Shown: positions 52,751-61,356 of the stretch, one piece after another | Layout of the letters: each line of letters starts with the position of its first letter | Position numbering within the stretch: position 1 is the first letter of the stretch | NCBI GenBank assembly: GCA_964520755.1 | Contig: CAZFQI010000002.1 | Location: 22,947-86,946, forward strand | Reading direction: 5' to 3' | Length of the DNA stretch: 64,000 nt | Source: an uncultured Marinobacter sp. | Lineage (GTDB): Bacteria > Pseudomonadota > Gammaproteobacteria > Pseudomonadales > Oleiphilaceae | The notes under the pieces: generated by a model | Databases searched by the model: none | What the model saw: the letters and a program-made list of their open reading frames with translations, nothing else | Told to the model about the DNA's origin: nothing | Position numbers and translations under genes: made by a program

Positions 52751-53647
52751 ATGTACAGCTTTCCGATTGACTATGTTGAGCCGGTGTTCCGGCCGCCCAG
52801 TGAAGCCAAATCGCTGATTCTGCCAGTCACCAACGGCTGCTCCTGGAACAAGTGTACTTTCTGTGAGATGTACACCCAGCCCCAGAAGAAGTTCCGGGCC
52901 CGCAAGCCCGACGACGTGCTACAGGATATCCAGAACGCAGCCCGTAGTCTGGGTGGCGTGCGCAGGGTTTTCCTGGCGGATGGCGATGCCATGGTGCTGC
53001 CCACCCGGCGGTTGCTGGAGATTCTTGGTCAGCTTCGGGAGGCCTTTCCGGACCTTCAGCGGGTTTCAAGTTACTGCCTGCCTCGTAACCTTGCCAAAAA
53101 GACCGTGGAAGAGCTGGCACAGCTAAAAGAAGCAGGTCTCCAGATCCTCTATGTTGGAATGGAATCCGGCGACGACGAGATCCTGAGCAGGGTCAATAAG
53201 GGCGAAACCTGGGAGTCCACCCGCTCGGCGCTTCTGAAGATCCGGGAAGCCGGACTGACCAGTTCCGTAATGGTTCTTAATGGCCTGGGCGGGGAGAGCC
53301 TTTCGCGCCAGCACGCAATCAATACCGCCACGCTGTGCAACGAGACCCAGCCAGATTATCTGTCTACCCTCGTCGTCAGCTTTCCCCAGGGCGAGGAGCG
53401 TTTCCGGGAAGGGTTCGGAGATGATTTTGTCCCGCTCTCACAGCAGGGACTTTTTGAGGAAATCCGCCTGTTTCTCGAGCATCTGGAACTGGACAAAACG
53501 ATCTTTCGAAGCGACCACGCCTCCAACTATCTGGTTCTCAAGGGCACCCTGGGCCGGGACAAGCAAAAACTGCTCGACCAGGTGAACCTTGCCATCACTA
53601 ACCCCGGCGCGGCGCCGCTTCGTGCAGAATGGATGCGCGGGTTGTAA
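52751..53647 (+). CDS. Radical SAM protein of unknown function
   Basis: 298 aa with the CSWNKCTFC (CxxxCxxC) cluster motif near the N-terminus and a GMESGDDEIL motif. Confidence 0.8.
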   Translation: MYSFPIDYVEPVFRPPSEAKSLILPVTNGCSWNKCTFCEMYTQPQKKFRARKPDDVLQDIQNAARSLGGVRRVFLADGDAMVLPTRRLLEILGQLREAFPDLQRVSSYCLPRNLAKKTVEELAQLKEAGLQILYVGMESGDDEILSRVNKGETWESTRSALLKIREAGLTSSVMVLNGLGGESLSRQHAINTATLCNETQPDYLSTLVVSFPQGEERFREGFGDDFVPLSQQGLFEEIRLFLEHLELDKTIFRSDHASNYLVLKGTLGRDKQKLLDQVNLAITNPGAAPLRAEWMRGL

Positions 53648-53671
53648 ATCAATGAACCGGGAGCCACCGTT

Positions 53672-54238
53672 ATGAGCATGAATCTGGAGAATCTCGCAAA
53701 AAAGGTGGAAGAGACCGTGAAAAGCCCTGGAAACCCACCCATTGATCAGTGGAATCCTGAGCTGTCCGGCGACATGGATCTGCGTGTCAGTCGCGATGGG
53801 CAGTGGATTTTCAAGGGCGAGCCGCTGGCTCGCGAAGCCATCGTAAGACTCTTCTCTACCATTCTGCGCCGTGAAGAGGATGGCGAATACTATCTGGTGA
53901 CGCCTGTCGAGAAGTGGCGAATACAGGTCGAGGACACGCCTCTTCTGGCCCATTCGCTTCAGGTTACCGGGGAGGGCGACCAACAGGTTGTCTCGCTGAC
54001 GACCAATGTGGGCGAAACCCTGGAGGTCGGCCAGCATCACCCGCTGGAGGTTGGCACCTACGAAGGAACGGAGGAGCCAAGACCGGTGGTGAAAATCCGT
54101 CACGGCGTGGAAGCCCGACTGGTCACCGCCGCCTATTACGATCTGGCCGAGCATGTGGTTGAGCGAAATGAGGGCGGCCACCCGGTTCTCGGTGTCTTTA
54201 GTCACGGAATTTTCTACAAAATCGGCCAGGGTGGTTGA
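53672..54238 (+). CDS. DUF1285 family protein
   Basis: 188 aa with a PIDQWNPELSGDMDLRVSRDGQWIFKGEPLAREAIVRLFSTIL...YYLVTPVEKWRIQVEDTP pattern. Family assignment is from memory. Confidence 0.6.
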   Translation: MSMNLENLAKKVEETVKSPGNPPIDQWNPELSGDMDLRVSRDGQWIFKGEPLAREAIVRLFSTILRREEDGEYYLVTPVEKWRIQVEDTPLLAHSLQVTGEGDQQVVSLTTNVGETLEVGQHHPLEVGTYEGTEEPRPVVKIRHGVEARLVTAAYYDLAEHVVERNEGGHPVLGVFSHGIFYKIGQGG

Positions 54239-54436
54239 AAACCCGTACCGTGGCCCCAGAATTACGGTAGAAAACGCATTAACTCAGTTGTTAAACTGTG
54301 TTTTCATACTTGTTATGAGCCTGGCTCTCTAACGAGGCCCGGTGGTCGTTAGTCCCTCTGTGCAGTCTGGCTGTTCACGATCACTTTCGATTGCCTAAAT
54401 CAATTAAACAGTCATTGCGACACGCAAGGAGATCAC

Positions 54437-54898
54437 ATGGCCCAACCTCGTGTTGTCACCATCCATTACACGCTCACCAACGATCAGGGAGAGCAGCTTG
54501 ACTCCTCCCGTGTAGAAGGTCGTGAGCCTCTGTCCTATCTGGAAGGTGCACAGAACATTATCGGTGGACTGGAGAGTGCACTGAACGAAAAGAACGCCGG
54601 CGATCAGGTCAAGGTTTCTGTAGAACCTGCTGAAGGCTACGGCGAAGTCAACGAAGAGCTGGTTCAGCCCGTTCCCCGTTCTGCATTCGAAGGCGTCGAT
54701 ACCATCGAGCCGGGCATGCAGTTCCAGGCACAGACCCCGGGCGGCCCCCAGGTTGTTCGTGTGGTTGAAGTTGGCGATGAAACCGTCACCATCGATGCCA
54801 ACCATCCGCTCGCCGGAGAGACTCTGCACTTCGACGTAGAAGTGGTAGAAGCTCGCGAAGCGACTGACGAAGAGCAAGAGCACGGCCACGCTCACTAA
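54437..54898 (+). CDS. slyD: FKBP-type peptidyl-prolyl cis-trans isomerase SlyD
   Basis: 153 aa with an FKBP core, an IF insert (HPLAGETLHFDVEVVEAREAT) and a short His-rich tail (EHGHAH). Confidence 0.85.
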   Translation: MAQPRVVTIHYTLTNDQGEQLDSSRVEGREPLSYLEGAQNIIGGLESALNEKNAGDQVKVSVEPAEGYGEVNEELVQPVPRSAFEGVDTIEPGMQFQAQTPGGPQVVRVVEVGDETVTIDANHPLAGETLHFDVEVVEAREATDEEQEHGHAH

Positions 54899-54916
54899 GC
54901 TTTTCTGAAGCGCTAC

Positions 54917-54947
54917 AAAAACGGCTCCCACGGGAGCCGTTTTTTTA
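54917..54947 (+). terminator. slyD terminator
   Basis: ACGGCTCC-CACG-GGAGCCGT followed by T6. Confidence 0.85.
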
Positions 54948-54964
54948 TGTCCGGAAATAATGAT

Positions 54965-54996
54965 GTCGGATTACGGCTTCGCCTAATCCGACCTAC
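54965..54996. repeat. REP-type palindromic element (copy 2)
   Basis: GTCGGATTACGGCTTCGCCTAATCCGACCTAC. Confidence 0.8.
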
Positions 54997-55028
54997 AAAG
55001 ACACCAGCCGAAGCCTCACACCAACCCC

Positions 55029-55060
55029 GTAGGTCGGATTAGGCCAAGCCGTAATCCGAC
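55029..55060. repeat. REP-type palindromic element (copy 3, inverted)
   Basis: GTAGGTCGGATTAGGCCAAGCCGTAATCCGAC is the reverse complement of copy 2 with one mismatch. It forms a REP doublet with a 32-nt spacer. Confidence 0.8.
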
Positions 55061-55065
55061 AACCC

Positions 55066-55100
55066 AAATAAAAACGGCCCGCGCGGGGCCGTTTTTATTT
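55066..55100. terminator. Bidirectional terminator serving ETF-QO on the minus strand
   Basis: A-run, then ACGGCCC-GCGCG-GGGCCGT, then T5. Confidence 0.8.
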
Positions 55101-55115
55101 CCGGAATCCGAACGT

Positions 55116-56786
55116 TTACATGTTCGGATAATTCGGGCCACCGCCCCCTTCCGGAGTCACCCAGGTAATGTTCTGGGCAGGATCCTTGATGTCGCAGGTC
55201 TTGCAGTGAACACAGTTCTGGGCATTGATCTGGAAACGCTTGCCGCTGCCATCATCCTTCTCGACAACTTCGTACACGCCGGCAGGGCAGTAGCGCTGCG
55301 CCGGTTCGTTGTACTTCGGAAGGTTCTCCTTGATGGGAATCTCCGGATCAGTCAGCTTCAGATGAACCGGCTGGTCTTCCTCGTGGTTGGTGTTGGAAAT
55401 GAACACCGATGACAGCTTGTCGAACGTCAGCGAGTTATCCGGCTTCGGATAGTTCACCTTCTTGCACTCGGCCGCCGGCTTCAGGGTGGCGTAATCCGGA
55501 GTGGTGTCGTGGAAGGTGATCGGCAGGCTGCCACGCAGGATGTTCTGCTCGAAGAAGGCGATGGCACCGCCAACCACATTGCCGAACTTGTGCATGGCCG
55601 GGCCGAAGTTGCGCTCGGCGTAGAGTTCCTTGAACAGCCAGCTGTCTTCAAACTTCTTCTGGAAGCTGCTGATTTCCTCACCGCTCTTGCCCTCCTTGAG
55701 CGCCTCGAAAACCGCCTCGGCGCCCAGCATGCCGGACTTCATGGCGGTGTGGGAGCCCTTGATCTTGGAGCCGTTCAGGGTGCCGGCGTCACAGCCGAGC
55801 AGCAGGCCGCCCGGGAAGCTCATCTTCGGCAGGGCGTTGTAACCACCTTTGGTGATGGCGCGGGCGCCGTAGGAAACGCGCTTGCCACCTTCCAGGTGTT
55901 TCTTGATCTCAGGATGCAGCTTCAGGCGCTGGAATTCATCGAACGGGCTCAGGTTCGGGTTGCTGTAGGAAAGGTCGGTGATCAGGCCCACGTAGACCTG
56001 GCCGTTTTCCAGGTGATACAGGAAAGACCCGCCGGTGGAGCCGGTCTCTTTCAGCGGCCAGCCGGTAGTGTGAACCACCAGACCCGGCTCGTGTTTGGCC
56101 GGATCAATGTCCCAAAGCTCTTTGATACCGATGCCATAGTGTTGCGGATCCTTACCTTCATCCAGCTTGAAGTCATTGACCAGGCGCTTGCCCAGGTGAC
56201 CACGACAGCCTTCGGTAAACAGGGTGTACTTGGCGCGCAGCTCCATACCCGGCATGTAGCCGTCTTTCTCGGAACCATCACGGGCAACGCCCATATCACC
56301 GGTAATAATGCCTTTTACCTGACCGTCTTCAACGATGGTTTCGGAAGCCGCGAAGCCAGGATACACCTCAACGCCAAGGCCTTCGGCCTGCTCGGCGAGC
56401 CAGCGGCAAAGGTTGCCGAGGCTGATAATGTAGTTGCCATGGTTGTGCATGTTCTTGGGCACAAACGCATTCGGGATCTTGGTGGCGCTTTCCTGGTTTT
56501 TCAGCAGGAAAATGTCGTCACGGGTAACCGGCGTGTTCAGCGGAGCGCCTTTCTCTTTCCAGTCCGGGAAGAGTTCGTTGAGGGCAGTGGGCTCGAATAC
56601 GGTACCAGCCAGAATGTGCGCGCCGATCTCAGAACCTTTTTCTACCACGCATACGGTGAGTTCCTCGCCAGCTTCCTGTGCCAACTGCATGACACGGCAC
56701 GCTGCCGACAGGCCCGCCGGGCCGCCGCCGACGATCAGAACATCAAATTCCATCGATTCGCGTTCCACGTTGGTCTCCTCAAACAT
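55116..56786 (-). CDS. Electron-transfer flavoprotein:ubiquinone oxidoreductase
   Basis: 556 aa with an FAD motif (VLIVGGGPAGLSAA) and a C-terminal 4Fe-4S ferredoxin-like region (CVHCKTCDIKDP). Confidence 0.95.
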   Translation of the reverse strand: MFEETNVERESMEFDVLIVGGGPAGLSAACRVMQLAQEAGEELTVCVVEKGSEIGAHILAGTVFEPTALNELFPDWKEKGAPLNTPVTRDDIFLLKNQESATKIPNAFVPKNMHNHGNYIISLGNLCRWLAEQAEGLGVEVYPGFAASETIVEDGQVKGIITGDMGVARDGSEKDGYMPGMELRAKYTLFTEGCRGHLGKRLVNDFKLDEGKDPQHYGIGIKELWDIDPAKHEPGLVVHTTGWPLKETGSTGGSFLYHLENGQVYVGLITDLSYSNPNLSPFDEFQRLKLHPEIKKHLEGGKRVSYGARAITKGGYNALPKMSFPGGLLLGCDAGTLNGSKIKGSHTAMKSGMLGAEAVFEALKEGKSGEEISSFQKKFEDSWLFKELYAERNFGPAMHKFGNVVGGAIAFFEQNILRGSLPITFHDTTPDYATLKPAAECKKVNYPKPDNSLTFDKLSSVFISNTNHEEDQPVHLKLTDPEIPIKENLPKYNEPAQRYCPAGVYEVVEKDDGSGKRFQINAQNCVHCKTCDIKDPAQNITWVTPEGGGGPNYPNM

Positions 56787-56918
56787 CTTTAATGGATATT
56801 ATGTGCCCGCAGGCGAGTTTTTCTGGGCCGCCATCATACCGGTAAAAGTGCCTATAGACGACTGCCTCAAGCCGGTTTAACCGACTTGCATAACCAAAAG
56901 GATACCGTATTTGAAGAA

Positions 56919-56938
56919 TCAAACAAACGTTTGTTTGA
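56919..56938. promoter_or_regulatory. Perfect 20-bp palindrome, a candidate operator in the ETF-QO/etfBA divergent region
   Basis: TCAAACAAACGTTTGTTTGA. The AAAC/GTTT half-sites resemble PsrA-type (TetR family) operators. Confidence 0.5.
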
Positions 56939-57186
56939 AATTCGCTTCTTCCTTTGGCATTGTAAGACCACACTGAAACATGGTGTGTTTTGAGTCGAAA
57001 TCTAGTATCGTCTCATTGCCGTTCCCGGTCAATACCGGGTAATTGGCTGAAACATCAGTCCTGGCGCGTCGTTTGAGGCTATTGATTCTGCTGAGCATTG
57101 CCTCCATTATTAGTTCGCACTGAATTTCGGCAGGCTCTGCGCGAGGACTGCAAGTCATAAACCCATCGTAGAAGAACGAGGAATCT

Positions 57187-57936
57187 ATGAAGGTTCTGGT
57201 CGCTGTAAAACGAGTAATCGACTACAACGTAAAGGTGCGCGTCAAGCCGGACAACACCGGTGTTGACCTCGCCAACGTCAAGATGGCAATGAACCCGTTC
57301 TGCGAAATCGCGGTTGAAGAAGCCGTTCGCCTGAAAGAGAAGGGTGTTGCCAGTGAAATCGTAGTGGTATCCATTGGCCCGAAAGCCTGCCAGGAGCAGA
57401 TCCGTACTGCGCTGGCGCTTGGTGCGGACCGTGGTATCCACGTCGAAACCGACGAGGAGGTTCAGTCTCTCGAAGCGGCCAAGCTGCTCAAGGCTGTTGT
57501 TGAGAAAGAAGAGCCAAAGCTGGTCATTCTTGGCAAGCAGTCCATCGATTCCGATAACAACCAGACTGGCCAGATGCTGGCCGCACTGACCGGCATGGGT
57601 CAGGGCACTTTCGCTTCGGAAGTGGTTGTTGAGGGCGACAAGGTTAACGTAACCCGTGAGGTAGACGGTGGTCTGATGACCGTTTCCCTGGGCCTCCCGG
57701 CTGTTGTCACCACAGACCTTCGTCTGAACGAGCCGCGTTACGCTTCTCTGCCGAACATCATGAAGGCCAAGAAGAAGCCGCTGGACAACATGAGCCCGGC
57801 CGATCTGGGTGTCGACATCGCTCCGCGCCTTTCCACCCTGAAGGTTGAAGCGCCTGCTTCCCGTCAGGCGGGTGTGAAAGTGGCCGACGTTGCCGAGCTG
57901 GTCGATAAACTGAAGAACGAAGCGAAGGTGATCTAA
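57187..57936 (+). CDS. etfB: Electron transfer flavoprotein beta subunit
   Basis: 249 aa with [20 protein letters not shown] and [18 protein letters not shown] motifs. Confidence 0.95.
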   Translation: MKVLVAVKRVIDYNVKVRVKPDNTGVDLANVKMAMNPFCEIAVEEAVRLKEKGVASEIVVVSIGPKACQEQIRTALALGADRGIHVETDEEVQSLEAAKLLKAVVEKEEPKLVILGKQSIDSDNNQTGQMLAALTGMGQGTFASEVVVEGDKVNVTREVDGGLMTVSLGLPAVVTTDLRLNEPRYASLPNIMKAKKKPLDNMSPADLGVDIAPRLSTLKVEAPASRQAGVKVADVAELVDKLKNEAKVI

Positions 57937-58878
57937 ATGAGCATCCTTGTAATTGCTGAACATGACAACAGCAGCCTGAAACAGGCTACCCTGAATGTTG
58001 TAGCGGCTGCCAAGGCCATCGGCGGAGACATCGACGTACTGGTTGCCGGTGAGAACTGTGGTGCCGTTGCTGAAGCAGCTGCCAAGGCCGAAGGCGTTAA
58101 CAAGGTACTGGTTGCCGATAACGCTGCTTATGGTCACTTCCTGGGCGAGAACCTGGGTGAGCTGGTTGCCGAAGTAGGCAAGGGCTACAGCCACATCCTG
58201 GCTGCCGCTGGCACCGTGGGCAAAGACTTCATGCCGCGTGTTGCTGCACTGCTGGACGTTGCCCAGGTTTCCGACATCATGCGCGTTGAGTCCGAAGACA
58301 CCTTCGTTCGCCCGATCTACGCGGGTAACGCCATTGCCACTGTGAAATCCAGTGACAGCATCAAGGTGGTTACGGTTCGTCCCACGGCCTTTGATCCGGT
58401 TGCTGGTGAAGGTGGCTCCGCTGCTGTTGAGCAGCTGGATGTTGCAAAAGATGCCGGCCTGTCCCAGTTCGTAAGCGAAGAGCTGGCCAAGTCCGACCGT
58501 CCTGATCTGGCAAGCGCCGGTATCGTTGTTTCCGGTGGTCGCGGCATGCAGAATGGCGACAACTTCAAGATGCTGGAGCAGGTAGCCGATCTGATGGGTG
58601 CCGCTGTTGGCGCCTCCCGTGCCGCTGTGGACGCAGGCTTCGTGCCCAACGACATGCAGGTCGGCCAGACCGGTAAGATCGTTGCTCCCCAGCTGTACAT
58701 TGCCGTTGGTATCTCTGGTGCCATCCAGCACCTGGCGGGTATGTCTGACTCCAAGGTGATCGTTGCGATCAACAAGGATGAAGAAGCGCCGATCTTCCAG
58801 GTTGCTGATTACGGCCTGGTAGCGGATCTGTTCGAAGCAGTTCCGCAACTTGAGGAAGAGCTGAAGAAAGTTATGTAA
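57937..58878 (+). CDS. etfA: Electron transfer flavoprotein alpha subunit
   Basis: 313 aa with VSGGRG, LYIAVGISGAIQHLAGM and VAINKDEEAPIFQVADYGLV motifs. Confidence 0.95.
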   Translation: MSILVIAEHDNSSLKQATLNVVAAAKAIGGDIDVLVAGENCGAVAEAAAKAEGVNKVLVADNAAYGHFLGENLGELVAEVGKGYSHILAAAGTVGKDFMPRVAALLDVAQVSDIMRVESEDTFVRPIYAGNAIATVKSSDSIKVVTVRPTAFDPVAGEGGSAAVEQLDVAKDAGLSQFVSEELAKSDRPDLASAGIVVSGGRGMQNGDNFKMLEQVADLMGAAVGASRAAVDAGFVPNDMQVGQTGKIVAPQLYIAVGISGAIQHLAGMSDSKVIVAINKDEEAPIFQVADYGLVADLFEAVPQLEEELKKVM

Positions 58879-58900
58879 CTTTCGGACATGCTTGAAAAAA

Positions 58901-58925
58901 GGCACCTACGGGTGCCTTTTTCTTT
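58901..58925 (+). terminator. etfBA terminator
   Basis: A6-GGCACC-TACG-GGTGCC-TTTTTCTTTT. Confidence 0.8.
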
Positions 58926-58988
58926 TGGGAGAAACCGAAATACCTGCCATGATACCCGCCCCAGACTGTTGAACCGGATACACGAGCC

Positions 58989-59828
58989 ATGACCACGATA
59001 CCGTTTGACGCGCTAGCCTGCCCACTGGACGGTTGCCCGCTCGCGCCCAGCGAAAAAACCTGGAGTTGCGAGAATGGCCACAGCTTCGATGTTGCCCGGC
59101 AGGGCTATGTGCATCTGCTGCCGGTCCAGAAGAAACGCACCCTGGACCCGGGCGACAGCAAAGAAATGGTCGCGGCCAGACAACGGTTCCTGAACGCCGG
59201 CTTCTACACAAAGATCGCCGACGCCGTGAGCGATCTTGCGCTGGAGGCGCTGCCCGGTGAGGGTATCGGGTCGGTGCTGGACGCCGGTTCCGGAGAGGGC
59301 TATTACCTTCGCCACCTTTCGGCCATGCCCGGCGACACAAGCTTTGCCCTGCTTGGTGTTGATATTTCCAAGTGGGCGGTTCTGGCAGCGGCCAAACAGG
59401 ACAAACAGACTCGATGGGTGGTTGGTAGCAACGCAAACCTGCCGGTAATACCGGAATCGCTGGATCTGGTGCTTTGCCTGTTTGGTTTTCCGGTTTACAG
59501 CGAATTTGCCCGGGTGCTCAAGCCCGGCGGCCAGGTGATCCAGGTGGATGCCGGTACGGACCACCTGCGGGAGCTCCGCGAAATCATCTACCCGGAAGTA
59601 AAGCCGCCCGGGGAAACAGAGAGCGCCGCCCCAGAGGGCTTCCGGCAAGTGGATTCAACCGTGGTACGGTTCCCGCTGACCCTCCCGGACCAGGCCAGCA
59701 TTGCCGATCTGCTGGCCATGACCCCACACCTGTACCGGGCCAGTTCCGAGGGCCTGGAGAGGGCTGCGGCCCTTGAGTCTCTGGAGGTTACTGTCGAAGC
59801 GACTCTGAAGCGTTTCGAAAAGCTCTGA
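58989..59828 (+). CDS. rlmA: 23S rRNA (guanine745-N1)-methyltransferase RlmA
   Basis: 279 aa with an N-terminal Zn-ribbon (CPLDGCPL...CENGHSFD), LPVQKKRTLDPGDSKEMVAAR and a SAM motif (VLDAGSGEGYY). Confidence 0.8.
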   Translation: MTTIPFDALACPLDGCPLAPSEKTWSCENGHSFDVARQGYVHLLPVQKKRTLDPGDSKEMVAARQRFLNAGFYTKIADAVSDLALEALPGEGIGSVLDAGSGEGYYLRHLSAMPGDTSFALLGVDISKWAVLAAAKQDKQTRWVVGSNANLPVIPESLDLVLCLFGFPVYSEFARVLKPGGQVIQVDAGTDHLRELREIIYPEVKPPGETESAAPEGFRQVDSTVVRFPLTLPDQASIADLLAMTPHLYRASSEGLERAAALESLEVTVEATLKRFEKL

Positions 59829-59837
59829 GCCGGAAAC

Positions 59838-60314
59838 TCACTGACCGTGGTCTGAGCCGGGGGGCTTTTGTCCTTTGCGGGAAGCGAGCCGTTTTTCGGC
59901 CTTGCCGATGATCAGTGTGTCGGCGAGGATATGGAGCGCCTTGTTGGTTGTGCGCACGGTTCGATAGATCTGCTGACTTGTCTGGTCATGGGTGGCCCGT
60001 GCTTTACGGGCCGTCTGCCGGAACTCTTCATCCTTCGAGAACAGATCAATCAGCCCGAATGTGGTGTTGGAGATCGCCTTGTGAAGCTTCTCCACCGCAC
60101 TGGCGCCGCCTGAAACGGAGTCTTCCAACAGCCGGGCCCGGTTCCGGACTTCAAGAAGATCCATTCTGCTCTTCTGGATGGCGCTGTGAGCCGCCACCCG
60201 ATGGGAATTGAGAATCCGTGCTTCCCGGCGGCAGAGCAAAAGCTGCCAGTAGGCAATGCAGAACCCGCTGAAGGCCAGAAGCAGCAACAGGGTTACGACT
60301 ACGCTGGTGATCAT
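59838..60314 (-). CDS. Hypothetical N-terminally anchored protein (paralog B)
   Basis: 158 aa. The N-terminal TM helix (MITSVVVTLLLLLAFSGFCIAYWQLL) resembles that of the upstream gene. The remainder is helical and hydrophilic. Confidence 0.55.
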   Translation of the reverse strand: MITSVVVTLLLLLAFSGFCIAYWQLLLCRREARILNSHRVAAHSAIQKSRMDLLEVRNRARLLEDSVSGGASAVEKLHKAISNTTFGLIDLFSKDEEFRQTARKARATHDQTSQQIYRTVRTTNKALHILADTLIIGKAEKRLASRKGQKPPGSDHGQ

Positions 60315-60360
60315 GATAATGCGCTTCCATCAACCATGTTGAATATCCCAATGGTCGTGA

Positions 60361-60690
60361 TCATCGGTACTCAATCTGCATATCCACTTCGATTTCGCGC
60401 TCGGTCATCTCTTCCTCGAGCTCTTTCATCACTTCCTGATACACCATCTTGCGCACCATCACGGGGAGTTTATCGGCAAGCACCCGGGCAGACCGTGATT
60501 CCCGCTTTGCCAGGGCAATCGGATCCAGTACCCGTAGCGTAATAACCAGCTCCGGTTCCTGCTCGGAATCTGCGATATCGTCGTTCTCCATCATTCGGGC
60601 GATCACTTTGCGCTGTTCAAGAACCTGCCAGCAGACAAAACCACTGAACAGGACAAGCAGGATGCTCAATACCATCAAAAAGGTGATCAA
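60361..60690 (-). CDS. Hypothetical N-terminally anchored protein (paralog A)
   Basis: 109 aa with an N-terminal TM helix (MITFLMVLSILLVLFSGFVCWQVL) and an acidic C-terminus. Confidence 0.55.
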   Translation of the reverse strand: MITFLMVLSILLVLFSGFVCWQVLEQRKVIARMMENDDIADSEQEPELVITLRVLDPIALAKRESRSARVLADKLPVMVRKMVYQEVMKELEEEMTEREIEVDMQIEYR

Positions 60691-60897
60691 TTCGAACCTC
60701 CGGAAATTGTTTCGGGCGCTGCCTTGCAGTGTGCACTATAGCGTGTGACAAACGATTGGCCGTGACGACGGATTCCCGGGCGCGGCCAGGAAAGTAGAAC
60801 GGGCGCTCAAAACTGTTAATATCGGTTGCAGTTGTGCAATGAGCTACGCAGAATCAACGAGTTAAGGCCGATTATTCATACCAACAGAGGATTGTTC

Positions 60898-61314
60898 ATG
60901 GTCTGGTTCAAAGCGTTTGCAAGTGGTTTTCTCGCAACCCTGGTATTTCATCAGGGGCTGTTCGCATTGTTCTGGCTGGGCGGTATTGTGCCCGCGGCCC
61001 CGTTTAACCTGTCGCCGGTGCCGCCGCTCGGCGTCCCTCAGGTTGTGTCACTGGCGTTCTTCGGTGGCCTGTGGGGCATGTTGCTCTGGCTGATTCTCGG
61101 CCGCTTCGCCGGGGTGAAGTTCTGGCTGGGGCATGTCATTGTAGGGGCAGTAGGTCCCACGGCAGTCGCCATGCTGGTGGTCTTTCCCCTGAAAGGGCTC
61201 GATGTTTCTGCCCAGACCTGGGTAGGCGGGCTACTTCTCAACGGTTTCTGGGGCCTGGGCGTTGCTGTATTCATGCGCCTGATGGGCGCGAAGGCAGCAG
61301 CCGCACTCCGTTAA
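60898..61314 (+). CDS. Hypothetical integral membrane protein (about four TM segments)
   Basis: The start is taken at MVWFKAFASGF, preceded by AGAGGA. The product is 139 aa. No family was recognised. Confidence 0.55.
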   Translation: MVWFKAFASGFLATLVFHQGLFALFWLGGIVPAAPFNLSPVPPLGVPQVVSLAFFGGLWGMLLWLILGRFAGVKFWLGHVIVGAVGPTAVAMLVVFPLKGLDVSAQTWVGGLLLNGFWGLGVAVFMRLMGAKAAAALR

Positions 61315-61356
61315 ATGCCATCAATTTTTATCACTACTGCTGACTAAGGAAGAGCA

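Noticed and set aside
55509-56792. 427-aa ORF on the plus strand
   Set aside because: It is antisense to the ETF:ubiquinone oxidoreductase gene and shows no motifs.
57079-58905. 608-aa ORF on the minus strand
   Set aside because: It is antisense to etfB and etfA, both of which have clear family motifs. Its composition is shadow-ORF-like.
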